DNA of 64,000 nt, from positions 380,307 to 444,306 of the forward strand of contig CAWJXK010000004.1 of the NCBI GenBank assembly GCA_963846855.1, written 5' to 3'. Of the stretch, positions 46,311-55,523 are shown in pieces. The notes beneath the pieces were generated by a model. That model made no database searches, was not told where the DNA came from, and was given only the letters and a program-made list of their open reading frames with translations. The DNA is from an uncultured beta proteobacterium (lineage in GTDB: Bacteria; Pseudomonadota; Gammaproteobacteria; Burkholderiales; Casimicrobiaceae). The stretch's first letter is position 1. Every line of letters begins with the position of its first letter. Position numbers and translations under genes: made by a program.

Positions 46311-47210
46311 TTACTTCTGCGGCACTTTCGACCAGGTCGAATCAGGGTTGAATTCTTTCATCGCCATTGCGACCGAACTTCCGTTCGGGCCGAGATCCTT
46401 CTCGTAGACGGTGCCGTCCTTGCCGGCGATGAACGTCATCACGCCCGTGTCGCCCCATTTGACCGGCCATGCGACGAACGCGTAGCCACCGGTCATCGCG
46501 CCGTTGGCGACATAACTCAATGCGCCGCCGGGCGCGTCCTTGCCCTGCGCCGTCAGCACCCGGTAGCGATAGCCGTGATAGCCCTGGCCCGGCTTCACCG
46601 TCGCGACTTCGGAACCCAACGGGCTCTCGGGCTCGCCCGGCTTCGTCGGCCAGTAAAGGCCGTCCCTCTTTCCCTTGGTCGAGATGATGCGTGGCGCGTA
46701 GTCGTTCTTGCCATTCTTGTCGCGGTCGAACTTGCGGTAATCCTCTTCCGCGTCCCCGCATGCGAGCACGACCTGGATGGCGTTGAGCTCGTTGCGGCCG
46801 ATGCGCCGGATGCGCAGCTCCTCGGGCGTCGCCTGCGTGTCGAACGACCAGCCCGCCTCGGACTTGACGATCGGGATCGGCAGCGTCCAGCCGTTTGTGC
46901 CGACCTCGAGATACGCCTTAGCGTCGCCCGCCTGCACGATCTTGTGGGACTTCGCCCATGCCGCGAGGAAGTTGGTCACGCTGTTCGCGGTCCGGTGCGG
47001 AATGTATTTCGCGTAATCGGCGCCGACGATGGCCTTGAGCGCGTCGCCGTCGTTGGCGGCGAGGCTCTGGACAAATGCGTTTGCCGCGGCATCCGGCGTC
47101 GGATACGCCTTTTGCGCCTGCGCGGCGGGAGCGATCACCAGGGCACACGCGCCGAGCGCCAACGCGAGGCCGCGCGTGGCGCGATTCAGGAGAGAGGATT
47201 GCGTTTTCAT
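46311..47210 (-). CDS. DUF2950-family secreted protein
   Basis: Signal peptide plus QKAYPTPDAAANAFVQSL...GWTLPIPIVK...GYAFVAWPVKWGDTGVMTF, as in DUF2950 proteins. I placed the start at ATG 47210. Confidence 0.75.
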   Translation of the reverse strand: MKTQSSLLNRATRGLALALGACALVIAPAAQAQKAYPTPDAAANAFVQSLAANDGDALKAIVGADYAKYIPHRTANSVTNFLAAWAKSHKIVQAGDAKAYLEVGTNGWTLPIPIVKSEAGWSFDTQATPEELRIRRIGRNELNAIQVVLACGDAEEDYRKFDRDKNGKNDYAPRIISTKGKRDGLYWPTKPGEPESPLGSEVATVKPGQGYHGYRYRVLTAQGKDAPGGALSYVANGAMTGGYAFVAWPVKWGDTGVMTFIAGKDGTVYEKDLGPNGSSVAMAMKEFNPDSTWSKVPQK

Positions 47211-47226
47211 TTTTCCGGTCTCCCTG

Positions 47227-48597
47227 TCAACGCCGCCCGCCGCCGCCACGGCCACCGCCACCACGGCCACCGCCGCCGCCCGACGGACGCGACGCACCGC
47301 CGCCCGACGGACGCGACGCACCGCCGCCCGAGGGACGCGACGCACCGCCGCCCGAGGGACGCTGCGCCTGCTGCATCGACCTCTGACTCGAGTTGCCACG
47401 GCTGATTTCGGTGCCCGCGCGGCGATCGGTAACGCCGCTCATGGCGTCATTGCGCGAAGGCGCTCCGCCTCGGTCGAAGCTCTGGGCCTGACCGCGACCC
47501 ACGTCGCGGTTCATGTTCTGCGCGCCGCCTCGGTCGAGGCTCCTCGCCTGCTGGTTGAGATTCCCGCGGTTGGCGTCGCTCAACGCGGCGCGATCCGTGC
47601 TGACGCCGCGGTTCTGCAGCGACTGCTGCGCGCGCTGGCGGTCGGCGTCCTTGCCGCGGTACTGGTCGCGATTGACCTGCTGCGAGCGGTTCTGCAGATT
47701 CTGCCGGGTCTGCTCGCCGCCGCGGTACGGCGTGTTCCTGCGATTCTCGACGTTGTGATTCCACTTCGCGTTGTTGATGTTGCCGCGGTTGATCTGGTTG
47801 TTGCGGTTGATGTTGTTGTAGCGGTTGACGTTGATGTTGACGTCGTGGTTCCACCAGTTGCACCCGCCCCACATCGCGTTGCGCACGCCGATGCCCACGC
47901 CCCACGCGATGCCCGTGATCACCGCCGCCGAGAACCAATAGCCCGGTGGATAAGGGATGTAATACGGCGGGTAGGCGGGGTACGGCCACGGCCCGTAGAC
48001 GTAGGTCGGGTTGTACGACGGAACGTAGATCACCTCGGGGCTCTTCTGCTCGATGACGATCACCTGCGGAGGCGGCGGTGGCGAGGCCGCCTCGACGACG
48101 ACGTCCGGCGGCGGCACGGTCTCGGTCGTGACGATAACCTCGTTGTTCGACTTGAGGTTGCCCGCCCTCTGCGCGGCCGCGCGCAGTCGCTGCACGGAAT
48201 CCATCACGGCGTCGGGCTGTGCGAGGAACGCGTCGCCCAGGTCCTTCACCCAATCGGGCTTCTCACCCATCATGATGATGACCTGCGGAAAGGCGACGAG
48301 CGACTGCACGCTCGGGTCCCAGGGCTGGTCCTGGACCTTCTCCACGGCCTCGTCGCCCTTGTCGTCCGCGTGGGCGCGTGACCATTTGGCGGCTTCGGCC
48401 ACGTCGGCCGGGTAGGTCGACGCCATCAGCACCTGCGACAGCAGCGCGTCCGGATACAGCGCGATCTGCGCGGTCATCTGGTCGAGCTGCTCCCTGGAGA
48501 ACGGCTTGTCGCCGGCCTGGGCGGCGGCGATCGCCGGAGCGGCGAGCGCCAGTGCCAGAAGCGGCCAGCGCAGCCAACGGCAGACAGAGGTCGTCAC
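47227..48597 (-). CDS. DUF3300-family secreted protein with a Gly/Arg/Asn-rich C-terminal tail
   Basis: FSREQLDQMTAQIALYPDALLSQVLMASTYP...VAFPQVI is the DUF3300 core. GTG start at 48597, preceded by AGGAG. The tail contains RPSGGGAS x3 and GGGGRGGGGRGGGGRR. Confidence 0.75.
   Translation of the reverse strand: MTTSVCRWLRWPLLALALAAPAIAAAQAGDKPFSREQLDQMTAQIALYPDALLSQVLMASTYPADVAEAAKWSRAHADDKGDEAVEKVQDQPWDPSVQSLVAFPQVIIMMGEKPDWVKDLGDAFLAQPDAVMDSVQRLRAAAQRAGNLKSNNEVIVTTETVPPPDVVVEAASPPPPPQVIVIEQKSPEVIYVPSYNPTYVYGPWPYPAYPPYYIPYPPGYWFSAAVITGIAWGVGIGVRNAMWGGCNWWNHDVNINVNRYNNINRNNQINRGNINNAKWNHNVENRRNTPYRGGEQTRQNLQNRSQQVNRDQYRGKDADRQRAQQSLQNRGVSTDRAALSDANRGNLNQQARSLDRGGAQNMNRDVGRGQAQSFDRGGAPSRNDAMSGVTDRRAGTEISRGNSSQRSMQQAQRPSGGGASRPSGGGASRPSGGGASRPSGGGGGRGGGGRGGGGRR
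47273..47368. repeat. 4 x 24-bp in-frame tandem repeat at the 3' end of the DUF3300 gene
   Basis: Units ccgccgcccga(c/g)ggacgcgacgca begin at 47273, 47297, 47321 and 47345; the last is degenerate. Confidence 0.85.
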
Positions 48598-48746
48598 GGG
48601 AACTCCTGAGGAGCTTGGTTGCGCGTCGCTTCCGCGCAAAGGACTCTTGATCGGGGTGCGTCGCGGATTCTAGCGAACCCACGCACACGCGTCCATGCGC
48701 TGCCAGGGTTCGCTCGATCCTGCACGTCCTCTGGCAGAATGCGGCG

Positions 48747-49364
48747 ATGCCCGCTCCGGGATTCGCCGCCGACCTCGAAGGACATCGCGCCTACCTGCTG
48801 CGGGTCGCCCGACTGCAGTTGCGCGACGACGCTCAGGCCGAGGATGTCGTGCAGGAAACCCTCGTCGCCGCGCTGTCGGGCGCCGGATTCTCCGGCAAGT
48901 CGAGCCTCAAGACCTGGCTCACGGGCATCCTCAAGCACAAGATCGTCGATGCGATCCGACGCAAGCAGCGCGAGCCGCAGGCCGCGAGCACGTTCGGCGA
49001 CCTCGACGACGAGCTCGACATCGAGGACTTCGACGCGATGTTCGACCGCACGGGCCACTGGAGCCCGAAGCCGGCCGCCTGGGGCGATCCGGAGGACGCG
49101 CTCGATCGCCGCCAGTTCATCGAGATCGTCGACTTCTGCCTGGAAAAGCTGCCTCCCAACACGGCCCGGGTATTCATGATGCGGGAGGTGCTGGAGCTCG
49201 AGACCGCCGAGATCTGTAAGGAATTGGCGATCACCCCGAATAACCTCTGGGTGATCCTGTACCGGGCCAGGATGGCGCTCCGGCTGTGCCTCGAGCAGAA
49301 CTGGTTCGCCGCCGACGCGCCGCGCCGCGGCGCGGCCGGACCGGGGACTCCGGCTGCCCGTTGA
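48747..49364 (+). CDS. ECF-subfamily RNA polymerase sigma-70 factor
   Basis: Region 2 (AEDVVQETLVAAL...WLTGILKHKIVD) and region 4 (ARVFMMREVLELETAEICKELAITPNNLWVILYRAR). Confidence 0.88.
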   Translation: MPAPGFAADLEGHRAYLLRVARLQLRDDAQAEDVVQETLVAALSGAGFSGKSSLKTWLTGILKHKIVDAIRRKQREPQAASTFGDLDDELDIEDFDAMFDRTGHWSPKPAAWGDPEDALDRRQFIEIVDFCLEKLPPNTARVFMMREVLELETAEICKELAITPNNLWVILYRARMALRLCLEQNWFAADAPRRGAAGPGTPAAR

Positions 49365-49369
49365 CCGTC

Positions 49370-49552
49370 ATGTTCGGAAGCTCATTCTCCTGCCGGGAAA
49401 TCTCACGCCTCGTCTCGCGGCTGCAGGACGCGCCGCCCAGCTCGTGGGAGCGCGTGAAGCTGCGCCTGCATCTCACCTTCTGCGACGCCTGCACGCGATT
49501 CGACGCGCAGATGCGCGTGCTGCGCGAGGCGATGCGCCGCTACCGCAGCTGA
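49370..49552 (+). CDS. zf-HC2 anti-sigma factor (60 aa, no transmembrane segment)
   Basis: H-x3-C-x2-C motif (HLTFCDAC). Lies 5 bp after the sigma gene. Confidence 0.7.
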   Translation: MFGSSFSCREISRLVSRLQDAPPSSWERVKLRLHLTFCDACTRFDAQMRVLREAMRRYRS

Positions 49553-49581
49553 CGCCGCCGGCGCGCGTATCATGGCGCCTC

Positions 49582-49788
49582 ATGGTCTCACTCATGGTCA
49601 ACGGCGAAGCACGAACTCTGGCCTCGGAGTCCGCGAGCGTGGCCGCGCTGGTGCGCGAGCTCGGGTTCGAGGGCAAGCGCGTGGCGGTCGAGCGAAACGG
49701 CGAAATCATTCCGAAGAGCCTGTACGACGTAACGGCGCTCGCCGACGGCGACACGCTCGAGATCGTCCGCGCGGTGGGCGGCGGCTGA
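49582..49788 (+). CDS. thiS: sulfur carrier protein ThiS
   Basis: ~66-68 aa ending in ...GDTLEIVRAVGGG. An alternative start is at 49594. Confidence 0.85.
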   Translation: MVSLMVNGEARTLASESASVAALVRELGFEGKRVAVERNGEIIPKSLYDVTALADGDTLEIVRAVGGG

Positions 49789-49810
49789 CCCGGCGCGGTA
49801 AAATCCTGCC

Positions 49811-50626
49811 ATGAACGCTCCGCACCAAAGGGCCGACACTGCTTTTGCCGATCCGCTGCTGATCGCCGGCCGGGCCTACCGCTCGCGCCTTCTGGTCGGC
49901 ACCGGCAAGTACCGGGATTTCGGCGAGACGCGCGCCGCAATCGTCGCCTCGGGCGCCGAGATCGTGACCGTGGCGATTCGCCGCACCAACATCGGTCAGG
50001 ACCCGCATGCGCCGTCGCTCACCGACGCGCTGCCGCCCTCGGAATTCACCTATCTGCCCAACACGGCCGGCTGCTACACCGCCGACGACGCCGTGCGCAC
50101 CCTGCGGCTCGCGCGCGAGCTCCTCGACGGTCACACGCTGGTCAAGCTCGAGGTGCTGGGCGACCCGAACACGCTGTTCCCGAACGTGCGCGAAACGATC
50201 AAGGCCGCGGAAACGCTGGTCGGTGAAGGCTTCGAGGTGATGGTGTACACGTCGGATGATCCGATCATCGCGCGCGAGCTCGAGGCGATCGGCGTCGTCG
50301 CAATCATGCCGCTCGCATCATTGATCGGCTCCGGGATGGGCATCCTCAATCCATGGAACCTCAAGCTCATCATCGCCGACGCCAAGGTGCCGGTGCTGGT
50401 GGACGCGGGGGTCGGCACGGCCTCGGATGCCGCGATCGCGATGGAGCTCGGCTGCTCGGGCGTGCTGATGAACACGGCGATCGCGCTCGCCACCGACCCC
50501 GTGCGCATGGCGCGCGCGATGCGGCTCGCCGTCGAAGCGGGACGCGAGGCCTTCCTCGCGGGACGGATGCCGCGCAAGCTCTACGCCGCAAGCCCCAGCT
50601 CGCCCGACGCGGGCCGCATCGGCTGA
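49811..50626 (+). CDS. thiG: thiazole synthase
   Basis: 271 aa with [14 protein letters not shown] and [16 protein letters not shown]. Confidence 0.92.
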   Translation: MNAPHQRADTAFADPLLIAGRAYRSRLLVGTGKYRDFGETRAAIVASGAEIVTVAIRRTNIGQDPHAPSLTDALPPSEFTYLPNTAGCYTADDAVRTLRLARELLDGHTLVKLEVLGDPNTLFPNVRETIKAAETLVGEGFEVMVYTSDDPIIARELEAIGVVAIMPLASLIGSGMGILNPWNLKLIIADAKVPVLVDAGVGTASDAAIAMELGCSGVLMNTAIALATDPVRMARAMRLAVEAGREAFLAGRMPRKLYAASPSSPDAGRIG

Positions 50627-50632
50627 TCCGCG

Positions 50633-51307
50633 GTGCGGCGTCCGAGCCCGGCCCGCAACACCGCGCGCGCCGCGCTCGCCGGCGCGCTCATCGCAAGTGC
50701 GTTCGCGACGGCGCTGCCGCTCACCCTCGACGAAATCGCCGGCCTGTGCGGCAGCGGCGCGGGGCCGGAGAACTGCGGGCGCAGGATCGAAGCCGTGCAG
50801 TTGAAGCGCCTGCCCGATCTCGCGAAACGCGACGGCGCGACCCTCGTCATCTCGCTCTATCCGGCGGGGACGATGACCTTCGCCGACGCCGACGTGCGCG
50901 GCGGCCTGCGCACCTACAGCCTCTACGATTACATCAGCGAGATCAACGCCGTCGTGCTCTATGTGACCGAAGGCACCGAATCGTCGTTCGTGCTGCTGCA
51001 GCGTATCGGCGGCCGCCGGACCGACCTGCCCTCGGATCCCGTCCTGTCGCCGGACCGGCAGAACCTCATCACCGCCGACTTCTGCGCGGAGCGCTGCACG
51101 AACGAGATCGTGCTCTGGCGGGTGACGAAAGATGGCGTCCACAAGACGCACGCCTGGCGCCCGCGCGAGCAGTGGATCGACGCGGCGGCGACGTGGAAGG
51201 ACGCGGGCACCCTCGCGATCGAGTACACGCCGGCGGGTGCGCAGAAGGCAAGCGTGATGAATGTCAGGATTTCCGACGCCGACTGGGTCCGTTTCCCGCC
51301 TCGATGA
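50633..51307 (+). CDS. secreted hypothetical protein
   Basis: 224 aa with a signal-like N-terminus ([15 protein letters not shown]) and several Cys. Wedged between thiG and trmB, overlapping trmB in ATGA. Confidence 0.5.
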   Translation: MRRPSPARNTARAALAGALIASAFATALPLTLDEIAGLCGSGAGPENCGRRIEAVQLKRLPDLAKRDGATLVISLYPAGTMTFADADVRGGLRTYSLYDYISEINAVVLYVTEGTESSFVLLQRIGGRRTDLPSDPVLSPDRQNLITADFCAERCTNEIVLWRVTKDGVHKTHAWRPREQWIDAAATWKDAGTLAIEYTPAGAQKASVMNVRISDADWVRFPPR

Positions 51308-52062
51308 CGGCTTCCATGATGCCTCGACGTCCGGCAGGCGACGCCGCGTCACTCCCGGGCGCATCGGGCGATGTGACGCCGATCGCGCATCGTCGCCCCG
51401 TCAGGAGCTTTGTGTTGCGGCAGGGACGCATGTCGCCGGCGCAGCAGCGCGCGCTCGACACGCTGCTGCCCCGCTTCGGCTTGCCGTGGCAGGAATCGCC
51501 GCCCGACTTCGACCGCGAGTTCGGCCGCCGCGCGCCGCGCGTCCTCGAAATCGGCTTCGGCATGGGCGAGACGACCGCGGCGATCGCGCAGGCACATCCG
51601 GAGCTGGACTTCCTCGGTGTCGAAGTGCACGGTCCCGGCGTTGGCGCGCTGCTGCAGCGATTGGGCGTCCTCGGCCTCTCCAACGTTCGCGTCATCCGGC
51701 ACGACGCGGTCGAAGTGGTCGCGGCGATGATCCCCGAGAATGCGCTCGCCGGAATCCACGTGTTCTTTCCCGATCCCTGGCCGAAGAAACGCCACCACAA
51801 GCGGCGCCTCCTCAACGCGGCGTTCGTCAGCGAGCTCGCGCTGCGGCTCTCGCCGGGCGGCTATCTGCACGTGGCGACCGACTGGGAGGACTACGCGCAG
51901 GAAATTATGGCGACCCTCGAGGCCGACCCGCTACTGGCCAACACTGCGAGCGGATTCTGCGCGCGACCGGCGCATCGGCCGCAGACCAAGTTCGAGGCGC
52001 GCGGTCTAGCGCTCGGGCATGGCGTGTGGGACCTCGTGTTCCGCAGAAGCGCCGCCGGCTGA
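51304..52062 (+). CDS. trmB: tRNA (guanine46-N7)-methyltransferase
   Basis: EIGFGMGE and [15 protein letters not shown] motifs. It is embedded in a longer spurious ORF. Confidence 0.9.
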   Translation: MTASMMPRRPAGDAASLPGASGDVTPIAHRRPVRSFVLRQGRMSPAQQRALDTLLPRFGLPWQESPPDFDREFGRRAPRVLEIGFGMGETTAAIAQAHPELDFLGVEVHGPGVGALLQRLGVLGLSNVRVIRHDAVEVVAAMIPENALAGIHVFFPDPWPKKRHHKRRLLNAAFVSELALRLSPGGYLHVATDWEDYAQEIMATLEADPLLANTASGFCARPAHRPQTKFEARGLALGHGVWDLVFRRSAAG

Positions 52063-52123
52063 CGCTGAACAGACCGGCCCGGCGCAACCCTTCGCGCGGC
52101 GTGCAGTGCGCGCGCGGCGGACG

Positions 52124-53329
52124 TTACTTGGTCGGCACCGCGACGGGATCGGCGGCGACGGGTGCGCGCCCGGACATCGGGGCATTCGCGGCGCCCGATA
52201 ATGCATCCCTCACCGCCTCGAGATAGCGATAGCCGTAGCGTGCGTCGGGCTCGAGGTAGGTGCCTTCGGCCCATTCGTTCCATGCGTTGAGGAAGATCAT
52301 GTGCTCGGGCGCGGGCCGCTGCGCGGTGACTTCGACCAGCTGCCTCAACCAGTATGCGAATCGCTCGGGCGACGCGCCCTTGAAGATCCGCGCGCGCTTC
52401 TGGTACCGCGCGGTGTTGTCCCAGTCGACGAACGCGCCAGGGAACGCCGGAATTCCGCCCTCCCGCTCAACCTTCAGCATCTGCTTCCAGACCATGTCGT
52501 AGTCGTAGAACGTGAGGCCGGAGAGAAAACGGTAGCGCAGCGCGCGCATCAGATCCTGCAGCTTCTCGGGAAGCCTTCGCAGCGGCGCCACCATCTTGCT
52601 CGTCTCCAACACGGCGCCTTCGAAATCCGGCGAATAGATCGCTTCAAAAGGCTGGAACTGGACTGTCGCGTCGAAGTGCCGCAGCACTTCGGGCACCGGG
52701 AATTCGTACTGCTTCATCGACACGAGGTAGAGGCCGGGAAGCCCGCGCTGGTGCGCGCGCTCACGCCAGAGGTCGAACATCCGGTCGATCTCGTGAATGC
52801 GGTGGGCGCGATAGACGAGGAACACGGGCTTGCCGTCAACCTTGATGGCGCGATCGTCGCTCCACGCGCGGAACAGATAGTCGAAGTGGCGCTCCCAGAG
52901 CGCCGGATCGGGCCGGTGCGTCTGCTCCTGCAGGATGTGGTGATCACGCCCGTCCCATCGACGCGACCAAGTCTCGTTCGCCCAGGCGAGGCAGAACGGG
53001 AAGTCGAGCTCCTTCGATTCGAGCACGATGTTGGTCGGCGTCTCGAGCAGCTGCTTGCCGTCGAACCAGTAGTGGTAATGGCAGAAGCCCGCGACACCGT
53101 ACTTCCGCGCGATGCCGATCTGCCATTCGATCGTCCGCTTGTCGGACTGGTCGTAGTAGTTGTCGCCGAGCGGGACGCGCGGCTGGTAATGCCCGCGAAA
53201 GTGGGGTGTCGCCCGGCGCACGTTCACCCAGTCAGTGAAGCCATTGCCCCACCATTCGTCGTTCTCGGGAATGGGATGAAGCTGTGGGAAATAGAACGCG
53301 ATCAGCTTGACGAGTTTTTCTTGATTCAT
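52124..53329 (-). CDS. WbsX-family / GH99-like-domain glycan-processing protein
   Basis: 401 aa. LIAFYFPQLHPIPENDEWWGNGFTDWVNV...FCHYHYWF...LAWANETWSRRWDG is characteristic of the WbsX family. Confidence 0.75.
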   Translation of the reverse strand: MNQEKLVKLIAFYFPQLHPIPENDEWWGNGFTDWVNVRRATPHFRGHYQPRVPLGDNYYDQSDKRTIEWQIGIARKYGVAGFCHYHYWFDGKQLLETPTNIVLESKELDFPFCLAWANETWSRRWDGRDHHILQEQTHRPDPALWERHFDYLFRAWSDDRAIKVDGKPVFLVYRAHRIHEIDRMFDLWRERAHQRGLPGLYLVSMKQYEFPVPEVLRHFDATVQFQPFEAIYSPDFEGAVLETSKMVAPLRRLPEKLQDLMRALRYRFLSGLTFYDYDMVWKQMLKVEREGGIPAFPGAFVDWDNTARYQKRARIFKGASPERFAYWLRQLVEVTAQRPAPEHMIFLNAWNEWAEGTYLEPDARYGYRYLEAVRDALSGAANAPMSGRAPVAADPVAVPTK

Positions 53330-53381
53330 CGACGGCCTTGCGGGAACGGGCGCGCATTCGAGACGCTCGCCAGGGAGACTG

Positions 53382-54248
53382 CTATGCGGGCCGCACGATC
53401 CGAATCAGTCGCCGCAGGATCCGCTGCAGCTTGTGGATGGCGCGGCGCCACAGCGGAACGGGCGGCACCGGCGCAAAGGCGCCGTGCACGGGCAGCGGCA
53501 CGTGCATGTCCTCGAAGCGCTTCGACACCTTCGCGCCCTTGTCGGCGAAATACGCGGCGAATTCCGGAGTACGCGCCATCTCGACCAGCTCCATGACCGC
53601 GGGCGGCGCGTCGCGACCGACGACGAGCACGCCAAGTCCCCAGCAATGCGTGAACTCGAGATGCGGGTAATGCGACTTCACGCCGTCGAAGAACTTGCGG
53701 ACGCCGAAGCGCAGCGCCGCCTCGCCGGTGTTCGAGACCGTGACGTTGGTGTCGTGGAACAGCACCACCGCGCGGTCGGAGAGCTTGGGGAACCAGGTGT
53801 GGAAGTCGTTGCTGACAGCCTCGAACGTGTGCGTGCCGTCGATGTGCAGGAGGTCGACCGACTGGTCGTCGAACAGCGCCACCGCCTCGTTGAAATCCTT
53901 GCGCACAAGCGTGGCGATGCCGGGGTAGGTCGCGGCCATGTATCCGGAAATTTCCTGGAACAGGTCCTCGTCGAACTTCCCCATGTGGATGTCGCCCTGC
54001 CACAGGTCGATGCCATAGCACTTCGCGTCGATGCCGCAGGCCTCGACCGCCTGGCAGAACGCGGCGAACGACGAGCCGCTGTACGTGCCGAGCTCGACGA
54101 TGATCCGCGGGCGCAGCCGGCCGATCAGCTCGTAGGCGAACGGGATGTGCCCGATCCACCAGGGCGATTTCAGCATCCGCGGCGAGAGTTGCCCGGCCCA
54201 TGTGAACCGCTCGGCGCTGGTCACCACGGCTGTTTCCGCAAGAGTCAT
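53382..54248 (-). CDS. class I SAM-dependent methyltransferase (Methyltransf_24/CmcI-like)
   Basis: IIVELGTYSGSSFAAF and LLHIDGTHTFEAV motifs. Confidence 0.7.
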   Translation of the reverse strand: MTLAETAVVTSAERFTWAGQLSPRMLKSPWWIGHIPFAYELIGRLRPRIIVELGTYSGSSFAAFCQAVEACGIDAKCYGIDLWQGDIHMGKFDEDLFQEISGYMAATYPGIATLVRKDFNEAVALFDDQSVDLLHIDGTHTFEAVSNDFHTWFPKLSDRAVVLFHDTNVTVSNTGEAALRFGVRKFFDGVKSHYPHLEFTHCWGLGVLVVGRDAPPAVMELVEMARTPEFAAYFADKGAKVSKRFEDMHVPLPVHGAFAPVPPVPLWRRAIHKLQRILRRLIRIVRPA

Positions 54249-54284
54249 GCGACGGGTTCCGGCAAAACTGTGATTATCGCCGCT

Positions 54285-55413
54285 TCACCGCCCTGGCTCA
54301 AGCGACGACTGGGACGGACGAATGGGCTTTCCGGCCGCGTTGATCCGCGCGGCGATCCTGCGCCCGGTGGCGATACCGGGCAATTCCACGCACCGGTAGG
54401 TGATTTCGGCGGACCCCAACAAGGCGAACAGCGTGCCGACCACGCAGACGGGGTAGAGCCATCCTCCATCGGGGACTCCCCAAGTTAGCCAGAATCTGAT
54501 AGCCGCGCCGAAGCACCGCCAGCACCACGGGATGCAGCAGGTAGATGCTGAAGCTGCGGTCGGCGAGCCATTGTGCAAGACCGGCGCGCATGAGCCTGCC
54601 GGGATACAGCGCCTGCCACAGGCACAGCACCGCGAAAGGCAGCGTCCAAGCGGCGAAATAGAGACCGCTCGCGCGCGAGTGGAGTTCCAGCGGATCGACA
54701 ATGGCGAGCGCCAGCAGCAGCACGAACGTCGCGGCGAAGGCCCGGTTTGCCCACGGACGGCGCGGGCTCCGGTCGAGGGCGATGAAAACGCGGTAGGCAA
54801 AGAGCCCCGCCGCAAAGGCCGGAAGGTTGCCGACCAGCGAGTAATACGCAAAATTGTCGGGCAGCGCCGGGGCCCCGGCGGTGAACCGCCACAACATGAC
54901 GCTCGATGCCGTTGCCGCCACGAACAAGAGTGCGAACGCGATCCGGCCGCGCAACAGGAACAGGAGTCCCGGCAGCAGCAGGTAGAAGATCATTTCCACC
55001 CCCACCGACCAGCCGGCGAACACCACGCCCTGCTCCAGCCCCGGAAAGAGATTGAACGTGAACGTCACATTGGCGAGGAGCGCCTCCCAGCCGGGAAAAC
55101 CCACGCGCCACACTACGTAGCCCAGCATCACGTAATAGAGCGGCGCGATCCGGAAGAACCGCTTCACCAGATAGGCGGGATAGCGCGCCGGCGCGTAGCG
55201 GCTCGAGTGATAGAGCGAAAATGCGCTGATGACGAAGAAGAGCTGGACGCTGAGGTAGAAATGGCCGGCGAGGGCCGCGAACCACGAGTCGCGCGGCACG
55301 CCCTGCATCGCCTCCAGGTGGAACAGCACGACCGCCATCGCAGCGACGGCACGCAGCCCGTGCAGGCCGTCGAGCTTTCGTTCTGACTGGATCAGCGGTA
55401 TGGCGGTCGACAC
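54285..55413 (-). CDS. acyltransferase family 3 (OafA-like) membrane protein, frame broken near 54478-54481
   Basis: GTG start at 55413 preceded by GAGGAG. LDGLHGLRAVAAMAVVLFH is followed by about 10 hydrophobic segments. The conserved end ...GVPDGGWLYPVCVVGTLFALLGSAEITYRCVELPG is read one base later (ORF 54285..54851), which implies one extra C in the CCCC run. Confidence 0.7.
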
Positions 55414-55523
55414 TCGGCACTCCTCACGCGGGTGCTCGGTCGTCGCTGCGCGCACGCACCGCCCTGTTGTCGGCGAACGATGGCCCACCCGCGGCGAAGA
55501 CCGGCGCGCGCGGCGCGCGAGCG

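Noticed and set aside
48598-48746. An ECF-type autoregulatory promoter (GGAAC-N16-17-CGTC) upstream of the sigma gene.
   Set aside because: GAACC and CGTCC words occur, but the spacing of about 10 nt is wrong. No convincing match was found by eye.
46172-49552. A genomic island integrated at the 3' end of the tRNA(CAU).
   Set aside because: No integrase is present, I could see no direct repeat of the tRNA 3' end downstream, and GC and codon style look native. A strong terminator follows the tRNA directly.
49553-49581. A TPP riboswitch upstream of thiS-thiG.
   Set aside because: Only about 29 nt separate the anti-sigma stop from thiS, which is too short. No CUGAGA-type THI-box core was seen.
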